This document shows positions 49,526 through 57,040 of a stretch of DNA of 64,000 nucleotides, in pieces. The DNA is from a phage: sequence record OM867527.1, one strand, 5' to 3'. Below the pieces are notes generated by a model. That model searched no databases, had not been told where the DNA came from, and was given only the letters and a program-made list of their open reading frames with translations. Position 1 is the first letter of the stretch; every line of letters begins with the position of its first letter. Position numbers and translations under genes: made by a program.

Positions 49526-49558
49526 TAAAAAATAGAAGCCCTCCTAATGGAGGACTCC
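49526..49558 (-). terminator. Terminator-like hairpin (minus strand)
   Basis: Imperfect stem (GTCCTCC / GGAGGGC) followed on the minus strand by a T-rich run. Confidence 0.35.
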
Positions 49559-49565
49559 TTACAGT

Positions 49566-49778
49566 TTAGGAATATAGTTTGAATAGTTTTACTCCTAGCT
49601 CCATTACAAACCAAATTGTATAACCAATAGTTACACCACTGAGTAATGAACTGAAGTAACCCAATACAACAGCAGCAATATAATTGTTACTGCTTTTAAG
49701 TGCATGCAGTGCTTCTTTACCATTACGCTTCTGCCAACCGTTCATGATTAGCAGGGTTACTAAGATGATAATTTCCAT
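49566..49778 (-). CDS. Small membrane protein (70 aa)
   Basis: Two TM helices (IIILVTLLIMNGW and AAVVLGYFSSLLSGVTIGYTIWFV). Confidence 0.35.
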   Translation of the reverse strand: MEIIILVTLLIMNGWQKRNGKEALHALKSSNNYIAAVVLGYFSSLLSGVTIGYTIWFVMELGVKLFKLYS

Positions 49779-49896
49779 TAGTTGTTTCCTAGGATTGGAT
49801 GATTGAAGGTTACGATACGACGTACTGATTCAGATGTCTGTTTCTTAGTAGCCAGACGTTCTTTCATCTTTTGCACGTCAGCTTTAGTTCCCATGA

Positions 49897-50079
49897 TTAA
49901 TGATTTACGCATGATTTAGTACTCCACATAAAGTTAAAAGGTTTATTGTTACGTACAATTCTTACAACCATTTGATAGCCATTGAGTTGCACAACACCAT
50001 AGTGTCGTTTCTGTACACCAATGTGATACCTACGAAAGATACACTCTTCAATGGCATCTTCTATGTTAGTGAATATCAC
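49897..50079 (-). CDS. Hypothetical small protein (60 aa)
   Basis: Short ORF; start overlaps the upstream gene's stop. Confidence 0.25.
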   Translation of the reverse strand: MIFTNIEDAIEECIFRRYHIGVQKRHYGVVQLNGYQMVVRIVRNNKPFNFMWSTKSCVNH

Positions 50080-50294
50080 TGGTTCCTCTTAGCAAACTTT
50101 TCAGCTTCATTAGCCCAGAGTTGCTTACGAACTTCTTTGGCTACAATGGAAGCAAACAGACACTTAACGAATACAACTGGTAACTTGCAGATAAGTACCA
50201 GCTTAGTAATTACCCACTTGGCTCCATTGAGGATGTAACCACGTAGGCGATACAGCACATAGCAGAGTATTACAAACGCAATGAAGTCCAACAT
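50076..50294 (-). CDS. Small membrane protein (72 aa)
   Basis: N-terminal TM (MLDFIAFVILCYVLY) and a second hydrophobic segment. Confidence 0.35.
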   Translation of the reverse strand: MLDFIAFVILCYVLYRLRGYILNGAKWVITKLVLICKLPVVFVKCLFASIVAKEVRKQLWANEAEKFAKRNQ

Positions 50295-50298
50295 AGTC

Positions 50299-50484
50299 TT
50301 ACGCCTTATGAAGTTTACGGATTTGTTTACGAGTAGGTTTAGCTACAAAGAAGTGGTCATAGCAGTGACCATTTTCATCTTTTACGGATACCTGCCAACG
50401 AGCATTCAGTGTCATCTTACTGCCCCAAGGTTGCAACATAACAATCATCTTCTGTGAGTTATAACGGTTACATAATGTACGCAT
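50299..50484 (-). CDS. Hypothetical small protein (61 aa)
   Basis: Short ORF. Confidence 0.3.
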   Translation of the reverse strand: MRTLCNRYNSQKMIVMLQPWGSKMTLNARWQVSVKDENGHCYDHFFVAKPTRKQIRKLHKA

Positions 50485-50590
50485 AATGGTTACTCCTTCA
50501 TCTAATATAAATCTATATCTATCTGGTTACTGTTTCAGTACCCTTCGTCTAAAGATACTCAAAAAGTAGAAATAGCTTATCGTCTAGTTA

Positions 50591-50618
50591 AAAATAAAAG
50601 ACTCCCCGAAGGGAGTCT
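50591..50618 (-). terminator. Rho-independent terminator (minus strand), UUCG tetraloop
   Basis: Minus-strand reading: AGACTCCC-TTCG-GGGAGTCT followed by TTTTATTTTT. Confidence 0.6.
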
Positions 50619-50627
50619 ATTGATTGA

Positions 50628-51008
50628 TTAGAAAGTCAGTTTACGAGCATATTTATTCTCGTCTGCTGGGATGTCAGCAGCCTCTGCTTTCACACGACGA
50701 AGTTGAACTTGCAGGTTAATGATACCTTCCTCACCTGGTTCCAGGTTCTGAGCATATGCAATTAACTGTTCAAGCAAGTCATTCTGTGCACAACGCATAG
50801 CACGGAAGTCAGCATTGCTGCTATTAGTAGGCAGCGGTTCCTGAGTATCCAGTGGAATACCAGTAGGCAGAGAGATGAATTTCTCATCATCAGAGCCTTC
50901 GTTAGCTACATAACCAATGTTCAGCCAGAACTGAGCTTTAGGCTTATCAGTTTTAGCAGTGGTAGCAGCAGCGTTAAATTGACCGAAAGTGAATTTTTGA
51001 ATAGACAT
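50628..51008 (-). CDS. Hypothetical mildly acidic early protein (about 126 aa)
   Basis: ATG 51008 has a GGAG RBS (track start 51107 is upstream of it). No recognisable motif. Confidence 0.45.
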   Translation of the reverse strand: MSIQKFTFGQFNAAATTAKTDKPKAQFWLNIGYVANEGSDDEKFISLPTGIPLDTQEPLPTNSSNADFRAMRCAQNDLLEQLIAYAQNLEPGEEGIINLQVQLRRVKAEAADIPADENKYARKLTF

Positions 51009-51194
51009 TTTGTACTCTCCAGATAAATGATTGTTTGATTTATGGGTTTGTCCGTCGGTGACTAAACCCAAGAAAAGACTTAGGATTTCGATAAGAAGTG
51101 GATTCATTCTTATCCTTTAGACGCGGAGCGTCTTGGTTTTTAGAAGTAGAAGTAAAGTAGATAGTTATCTACTTTTGACTATCTATCTAATGTT

Positions 51195-51222
51195 CAAAAC
51201 AGGAGACTCCGAAGAGTCTCCT
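51195..51222 (-). terminator. Rho-independent terminator (minus strand), UUCG tetraloop
   Basis: Minus-strand reading: perfect 9-bp stem AGGAGACTC-TTCG-GAGTCTCCT followed by GTTTTG. Confidence 0.6.
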
Positions 51223-51229
51223 AAGTGGC

Positions 51230-51553
51230 TTAGTCTTTAGTCAGGATGTCAATTACTTTGGAATATTCTGCGTTATAGATACGAGCGTTCTCTGAATCCT
51301 TGCAGAATTCCTCAATACTTTTCTTACGCAGAGTCTCAGTCATAGCTGTTTCCTCTGCCAGTTTATTAACAAAGGTATGCATTTCTAATTTAGTACGAAT
51401 GGCTTGTTTCTCTGCCATAGTACTTACATATGAATTAAGCATACCTACTGCTTTAGTTGCTGTACTGAATGTATCTGCAACAGTAGTAGCAGCTGAGTTA
51501 ACAGTACCAAGTAAAGTTCCTGCGGTCATACGTACAGTAGCTTGAGTAGTCAT
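51230..51553 (-). CDS. Hypothetical early protein (107 aa)
   Basis: Reverse ORF; helical-looking. Confidence 0.4.
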   Translation of the reverse strand: MTTQATVRMTAGTLLGTVNSAATTVADTFSTATKAVGMLNSYVSTMAEKQAIRTKLEMHTFVNKLAEETAMTETLRKKSIEEFCKDSENARIYNAEYSKVIDILTKD

Positions 51554-51637
51554 GATGATAGCTCCAATAGTTGATGATAGGACGACATGTCCATAACATG
51601 CGGAGCATGTGTAACGTGTAAGGTGGGGTAGGGTAGT

Positions 51638-51688
51638 GGCTACACCGTCAACATACCGGGGGGGCTAGTTGAGTGTAAGGGTGTAGCC
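51638..51688. repeat. Inverted repeat GGCTACACC ... GGTGTAGCC, 9 bp arms, 33-nt spacer
   Basis: Arms at 51638..51646 and 51680..51688 inside a 550-bp ORF-free gap; the spacer contains a G7 run. Confidence 0.45.
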
Positions 51689-51787
51689 CCAGCCACACCA
51701 CTATAGCCATGCATAACTATCACAATTTTGACATGCAAAAATATTATAGGCACTGTCTCTATAAGCAGATAACTTTGAGGTACTAAC

Positions 51788-51913
51788 ATGAAAGATGGAT
51801 GGGGTAACTACAATCCTACAGACCCTGAGAACTGGTTGCACTTTATTGCCTGTGCTTGTGCTGTAGGATTCATAGGTATTGTACTCTTGTCACTGGTTCT
51901 ACCTTATTTATAA
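51788..51913 (+). CDS. Candidate small hydrophobic peptide (41 aa) on the opposite strand
   Basis: ATG 51788 with upstream GAGG; encodes MKDGWGNYNPTDPENWLHFIACACAVGFIGIVLLSLVLPYL, which ends in one TM helix. Below the ORF-track length cutoff. Confidence 0.3.
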   Translation: MKDGWGNYNPTDPENWLHFIACACAVGFIGIVLLSLVLPYL

Positions 51914-52102
51914 ATACTATGGGGGATATCTATCTATCCCCTATTCATCGTAGCGTTTGATACTTAAAACCTCATATAGCCTACCATTTACAAGCAATGG
52001 TCCACCTACTTCTATGAAAGCTAGGCTGTGTACTATCACTGGTTCAGAGGAATAATGCAGTAAGTTAGTACCTTTCATTCCTAATAGTTTAACGTTCATG
52101 CT

Positions 52103-52387
52103 TCAGTACCTTTCCTTATAGATTGGGGTGTTGTTCTCGAAGGATAGGATGTACTTGTCTGTATTGAGATGCCAAGGGCTAAAGCTACCCTGCCAGGACA
52201 TTGGTGTACCTGGTTCAAGTAGATGTACTACCGAATTCTTATTGTATAGGAAGAGTAATCCTTGTATCTCATGTAGGGACTGTTCATCTGGAACCAGGAT
52301 AAGTACATCAGCATTCAGGTCAGCTATTTCTTTATGGAGGATGTAATTTTCCCCATTAGGCTCTGGATAAATTTTACTGATAACCAT
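52103..52387 (-). CDS. Member of a tandem paralogous early-protein family (94 aa)
   Basis: Shares the motif block LILVPDEQSLHEIQGLLFLYN...LLEP with the neighbouring ORFs. Confidence 0.45.
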   Translation of the reverse strand: MVISKIYPEPNGENYILHKEIADLNADVLILVPDEQSLHEIQGLLFLYNKNSVVHLLEPGTPMSWQGSFSPWHLNTDKYILSFENNTPIYKERY

Positions 52388-52707
52388 TAGAGACTCTTGC
52401 CGCTAGATAAATATGAGGTAGAAGGGTAGAGGGTAATAAGCCTGCCAGTTAAGGTAGTTACTACCATAGGTTCATTTTCAGAGAGTATGTACACGGAGGT
52501 GTGTTCCGGTATTTCCACGGAATCTACTATCTTAATGAATTGGATAGGTTGCCCTAACATTAAGCAAGTACCTATGAACACATCTGCTTCTTCACTTGGC
52601 TCATACAAGATGGCAGTAACTCTACCCTTACCTGCCAGAATATTATCCAATGTGTATGGGGATAAATAGCAAGTAGTGGCAAAGCTAATCAGGCAATACA
52701 GGTGCAT
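52387..52707 (-). CDS. Divergent member of the tandem paralogous early-protein family (106 aa)
   Basis: Weaker match (AILYEPSEEADVFIGTCLMLG...IVDSVEIPE) in the same position of the protein. Confidence 0.35.
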   Translation of the reverse strand: MHLYCLISFATTCYLSPYTLDNILAGKGRVTAILYEPSEEADVFIGTCLMLGQPIQFIKIVDSVEIPEHTSVYILSENEPMVVTTLTGRLITLYPSTSYLSSGKSL

Positions 52708-52710
52708 ATC

Positions 52711-53088
52711 TTACTTCCTTACATAGTAGTAACGGTATTCCCCCTTCTCATAACGACTCTCCCACTGATAGTCATCAGATACCATCATGTATGGGATAGG
52801 GTCATTAGCGTTATAGTTGGTATAGACAGAAGGAGGAATGATACATACAACCTTACGATCAATACCTGCTAAGAAAAGTTGACCCCTTACTTCATGGTAG
52901 TCCTCTAGAGCAGGAACTAAGATTACTTGATGAGGATTACTGCATATGACTTCTTCTAAAGTGAAGTCAGTTGTATACATAGGCTCCCTTTCATCATAGC
53001 TGGGGATGGTCATTATGAATTTCATGATTGATTTTCCTTCCTTTAGGGATAGGTCTGAAGTAAATGGAAAGTGTTTTATTAAAGACAT
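52711..53088 (-). CDS. Member of the tandem paralogous early-protein family (125 aa or shorter)
   Basis: VILVPALEDYHEVRGQLFLAG...CIIPP. Start is probably an internal Met, since the 5' end overlaps the upstream ORF. Confidence 0.45.
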   Translation of the reverse strand: MSLIKHFPFTSDLSLKEGKSIMKFIMTIPSYDEREPMYTTDFTLEEVICSNPHQVILVPALEDYHEVRGQLFLAGIDRKVVCIIPPSVYTNYNANDPIPYMMVSDDYQWESRYEKGEYRYYYVRK

Positions 53089-53389
53089 TATGGGCAGCTA
53101 TCAATTCCCAACCAGGTATTTTATAGAAACGTATACCAGGGAAGAACTCTTTGAAACCGTCATAACAGGTGAGGTCATACACCTTTGGTTCGGTAAGTAT
53201 CTCGGTATTGAGTTGTAGGTTTGCTAAGAAGAGAGAGCCAACAATCTCATGGGATTCTTCACAGTTAGGTAAGAACACAGATTGCCAGGGAGCAATGAAC
53301 TTACTTACTGTTTCTGGTTCCCCAAGTAGATAAGGTTCTTGCTTATGAAGTACTCCGGTAATATCAATATCAAAAGCGTAGATGCTCAT
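52994..53389 (-). CDS. Member of the tandem paralogous early-protein family (131 aa)
   Basis: VFLPNCEESHEIVGSLFLAN...ILTEP. Confidence 0.45.
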   Translation of the reverse strand: MSIYAFDIDITGVLHKQEPYLLGEPETVSKFIAPWQSVFLPNCEESHEIVGSLFLANLQLNTEILTEPKVYDLTCYDGFKEFFPGIRFYKIPGWELIAAHNVFNKTLSIYFRPIPKGRKINHEIHNDHPQL

Positions 53390-53402
53390 ATTTGCATACC
53401 TC

Positions 53403-53440
53403 CTGAAAAAGAAATGGGGTAGAGCCTCTCGACTCTACCC
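53403..53440 (-). terminator. Terminator-like hairpin within the paralog array
   Basis: Perfect 9-bp stem GGGGTAGAG / CTCTACCCC with 8-nt loop; T-rich run follows on the minus strand (ATTTCTTTTTC). Confidence 0.45.
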
Positions 53441-53589
53441 CTTACCGTTTTCTATCACGGGTCAGTTCATCACCCTAGATACATGTGTATCGTTAGCCTA
53501 CTAGGTAGGAAAGGAGCCGGGCAACCCTGACTGTAGAAGTTATTAACTCTTTACGAGTACCGCCACTGTCTACTAGGCGGCATGACTAA

Positions 53590-53880
53590 TCACATCGTCA
53601 CCGTCATCCGAACACTGTCTTTGCTTCGCCTGACGGAGACACTATGAGGTAATTTTGTGAAGAACACAAGAGCTGAAAGGCGTTTTTCTAAAGAGTAAGT
53701 TTCTCTTGGTTCTAAGATTTTAATGCCTGGACGATTCTCTAAAAGCATCATCCCAGCTAATTCATGGTAGGTGTCTTCATCATGTGTGATAATAATGTCA
53801 TCTGAGAGAATACCAGCTTTAGTGTGGTCTAGTTCTTTGTATTCATCTTTAGAGTCCTGGACTCTCATATAGATTCTCAA
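53590..53880 (-). CDS. Member of the tandem paralogous early-protein family (96 aa)
   Basis: IIITHDEDTYHELAGMMLLEN...ILEP. First gene of the reverse early block. Confidence 0.45.
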   Translation of the reverse strand: MRIYMRVQDSKDEYKELDHTKAGILSDDIIITHDEDTYHELAGMMLLENRPGIKILEPRETYSLEKRLSALVFFTKLPHSVSVRRSKDSVRMTVTM

Positions 53881-54051
53881 AGGTTACTCCTTTTAGTAAT
53901 AGGGTCATCGGAACATTACATACTATACAGTATCATGAACTTTTTCTATATCATGACTAAAGTGTAACTGTATGGTATCGTTTCTTCAAGGGGTAACTCA
54001 CCCCAAGAAAAGAATCTTCTTTAATAGACATAACTTTGTAGCGAGATAAGT

Positions 54052-54741
54052 ATGAGTGAATTAACTAAGCAGCAGATTATTAATGCCTTACCTGCTAACT
54101 TCAAAAACAGTGTGACCCAGGAGTTGGTAGACACGATTAACAACATTACCCAAGACCAACTGGTTGCTGAGTCCTTCCGTGAAAACTTTATCTCCTACTC
54201 TGGTGTAATGAAGGAAGGTAAGTTTAAGACGCAGGACTACATGAATGCAGTTCAGTATGTGACTTACAAACATATGGGCTACTCAAATAAGGAAGCCTAC
54301 TTCAAGACATTCCCTAACCGACAAGCAGAACTCGTAGCACGAGGAACCAGTGAGAAAGATATTAGTGCTTATGTATCTGCTTATCACAGAGGTAAGCTAG
54401 TTAACCTCATCATGGAACAAAGTTTGGTTCCAGTGTGGATTGTGAACCAGGACAATTATCAGAAGGCTATCAATGTTCAGGTTGAACTGATGACTACAGC
54501 AGTAAGTGAGAAAGTAAGATGTGATGCAGCTAACTCTATCCTTACTCACTTAGCTAAACCAAAGGATCAGGTAACAAATATCAATCTGGACTTGAGAGAG
54601 AACTCTGGATTAACTGACCTCAAGGCAACACTTGCTGCATTAGCTGAACAGCAAATCAGTGCAATCAATAGTGGTGTACCTACCAAAGAGGTTGCTGGTT
54701 CTAAACTAGTACGTGCAGATGAGGACATTACAGATGTCTGA
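54052..54741 (+). CDS. Putative terminase small subunit (by position upstream of the large subunit)
   Basis: 229-aa ORF whose stop overlaps the terminase large-subunit start; first gene of the forward late block. No motif confirmation. Confidence 0.35.
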   Translation: MSELTKQQIINALPANFKNSVTQELVDTINNITQDQLVAESFRENFISYSGVMKEGKFKTQDYMNAVQYVTYKHMGYSNKEAYFKTFPNRQAELVARGTSEKDISAYVSAYHRGKLVNLIMEQSLVPVWIVNQDNYQKAINVQVELMTTAVSEKVRCDAANSILTHLAKPKDQVTNINLDLRENSGLTDLKATLAALAEQQISAINSGVPTKEVAGSKLVRADEDITDV

Positions 54742-56323
54742 GTTAATTAAACAGGAACTTGACGAATGGCTAGACCAGGTGGATTACTCCCACCTAAATT
54801 CTTCCAATTATGTTCCTAGTCAGTTTGCTCTTACCTTTGCCAACTTTATTAAGTTGGTTAATGGCAAAGAGGGTGAATCCAACAAAACACCTCCAGTTCA
54901 CCTGAAGATGTTGGATAAGATGATTAGCCCTAACCAGTATGTAGTTAACCTGTGCTTCCGTGGTGCAGGTAAGACTGCTGTATTCATGGAATACTTTACT
55001 TTATTCCTGGCAGTGTTTGGGCATTTACCAAGCCTGGGTAAGGTAGAAGGAATGATTTACGTATCTGACTCAATGGATAACGGTGCTAAGTCTGCACGTA
55101 AAAACATTGAGTTTCGTTACAAGAATAGTGAGTTCCTTCAGCAATGGATACCTGAAGCTACCTTTACGGATAACCTACTGGAGTTCCGTAATGTAGAAGG
55201 ACATCGGCTTGGTGTTAAGCTGTTTGGTGCTAAGACAGGTCTTCGTGGTACGAAGATATATGGTAAGCGTCCAACACTCTGTGTACTGGATGACTTGATT
55301 AGTGATGGTGATGCTAACTCCAAGACGAGTATGGAAGCTATTAAAGACACCGTTTATAAAGGTGTGAACCATGCTCTTGACCCAACCCGTCGTAAAGTAA
55401 TCTTCAACGGTACTCCCTTTAATAAGGAAGATATCATCATTGAAGCAGTAGAGTCTGGTGCATGGGATGTCAACGTGTGGCCTGTGTGTGAGAAGTTCCC
55501 CTGTAGTAGGGAAGAATTTCAGGGTGCATGGGATGACCGTTTCTCTTACGACTACATTAAAGCCCAATACGACATGGCAGTTAAAACAGGTAAGCTGGCA
55601 GGCTTCTATCAGGAACTTATGCTTCGTATCAGTTCAGAGGATGAGAGACTGGTTCAGGATAGTGAAATTAGATGGTATAGCAGACAGCAACTGTTAAGGA
55701 TGAAGTCCTGCTACAACTATTACATTACAACCGACTTTGCTACTTCGGAGAAACAGACCAGTGACTATAGTGTCATATCAGTTTGGGCTTATAGTTCTAA
55801 TGGAGATTGGTTCTGGGTTGATGGTGTGGCTAATCGTCAGCTTATGGATAAAAACTTTGATGACCTGTTCCGTCTGGTTCAAGAATACCAACCACAAAAC
55901 GTTGGGGTCGAAATCACGGGGCAGCAAGGTGGATTCATTTCCCTTCTTCAGAAAGAAATGATTAACCGTAATGTCTTCTTTAACTTTGCATCCTCTGAGG
56001 GTGGTAAGCCAGGCATCCGTCCTGTAACTTCTAAGCTGTCACGCTTTAACCTGGTAGTTCCCTGGTTCAAAGCTGGTAAGATGTACTTCCCAGAAGAGTT
56101 GAGAGATTCAACTATTATGGGTCTGTTCATGGGCCAGATTAAACTAGCTACCATTAATGGAATTAAAGGTAAGGATGACTGTATTGATACTATCTCCATG
56201 CTGGGTTATCTCAATCCTTGGAAACCGCAAGCAGGTATGACTATGGTGGATAACAAGGGTGACCCAATGTGGGATGATGAAGAAGAAGATAGTGTTAACC
56301 CACTACGTTCATACATTGTGTGA
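54734..56323 (+). CDS. Terminase large subunit
   Basis: ATPase motifs (LCFRGAGKTAV Walker A-like, LCVLDDLISD Walker B) and a C-terminal RNase H-like nuclease segment (ITTDFATSEKQTSDYSVISVWAY). ATG 54734 overlaps the upstream stop. Confidence 0.8.
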   Translation: MSELIKQELDEWLDQVDYSHLNSSNYVPSQFALTFANFIKLVNGKEGESNKTPPVHLKMLDKMISPNQYVVNLCFRGAGKTAVFMEYFTLFLAVFGHLPSLGKVEGMIYVSDSMDNGAKSARKNIEFRYKNSEFLQQWIPEATFTDNLLEFRNVEGHRLGVKLFGAKTGLRGTKIYGKRPTLCVLDDLISDGDANSKTSMEAIKDTVYKGVNHALDPTRRKVIFNGTPFNKEDIIIEAVESGAWDVNVWPVCEKFPCSREEFQGAWDDRFSYDYIKAQYDMAVKTGKLAGFYQELMLRISSEDERLVQDSEIRWYSRQQLLRMKSCYNYYITTDFATSEKQTSDYSVISVWAYSSNGDWFWVDGVANRQLMDKNFDDLFRLVQEYQPQNVGVEITGQQGGFISLLQKEMINRNVFFNFASSEGGKPGIRPVTSKLSRFNLVVPWFKAGKMYFPEELRDSTIMGLFMGQIKLATINGIKGKDDCIDTISMLGYLNPWKPQAGMTMVDNKGDPMWDDEEEDSVNPLRSYIV

Positions 56324-56329
56324 GGAACC

Positions 56330-57040
56330 ATGCAAAAATTATCGGAAGTATATCGTGGTTTGGCACTAAGTACCTTAAAGGGTACTGGTGCAGTCACGGA
56401 TAACAGATTAGATATTGAACCAGATAGTAAGCCTGAGATACTGGCTGCTATTAATGAGGGGCTGGTACGACTACATAGTCGTTTCCCTTTGAGGACTAAT
56501 AGCTGCATTGTGGAGATGAAGGAAGGTCGTACTGATTATCCTCTTCAATCCAGATATGCTTACTCCAGATTTACTAAGCCTACTCTTGAGATTCAATATC
56601 CATACATCATGGATGGGTTCATGAAACCTTTCCAGGATGATGTTATTAAAATCCTAAATGTGTTTGATAACTCAGGGAATCGACGTAGACTGAACGACGA
56701 TTCAGACCCTCATGCAATTTTCACTCCTCGGCCTGATACTATTCAGTGTATGCGACCTCGACACTTCGAGGCACTTAACGTAACTTATCAAGCTAAGCAC
56801 CCAGTACTTACGGGTGATGAAGAACAGGAAGTTGACTTAGCAGACACGCTAATGACAGCACTTCATAACTGGGTGGGTTATCGTTACCACACTGGTTTGA
56901 ATACTCCGGAAGCTAATGCTAAGGCAGCAGAGTATCTGCAAACATATGAAAGCATCTGTGGTGAGGTTGTTGATTACGACCTAGCTAATGGAAGTATTTC
57001 AATTACCGAAACTAAATTTGAACAACGAGGATGGCGATGA
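56330..57040 (+). CDS. Virion structural protein (236 aa)
   Basis: Located between terminase and the tail fiber genes; start 7 nt after the terminase stop. Confidence 0.4.
   Translation: MQKLSEVYRGLALSTLKGTGAVTDNRLDIEPDSKPEILAAINEGLVRLHSRFPLRTNSCIVEMKEGRTDYPLQSRYAYSRFTKPTLEIQYPYIMDGFMKPFQDDVIKILNVFDNSGNRRRLNDDSDPHAIFTPRPDTIQCMRPRHFEALNVTYQAKHPVLTGDEEQEVDLADTLMTALHNWVGYRYHTGLNTPEANAKAAEYLQTYESICGEVVDYDLANGSISITETKFEQRGWR

Noticed and set aside
52994-53088. 95-nt overlap between two paralog-family ORFs, and 83-nt overlap at 30418..30500, as possible programmed frameshift sites
   Set aside because: Both overlaps disappear if the downstream gene starts at an internal Met, which is the simpler explanation; no slippery heptamer noted.
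53623-53629. GCTTCGC (reverse complement GCGAAGC, a stable mini-hairpin motif) as a vRNAP promoter hairpin
   Set aside because: Single occurrence, lies within the 3' end of an ORF, and I cannot reliably recall the N4 promoter consensus; insufficient to call.
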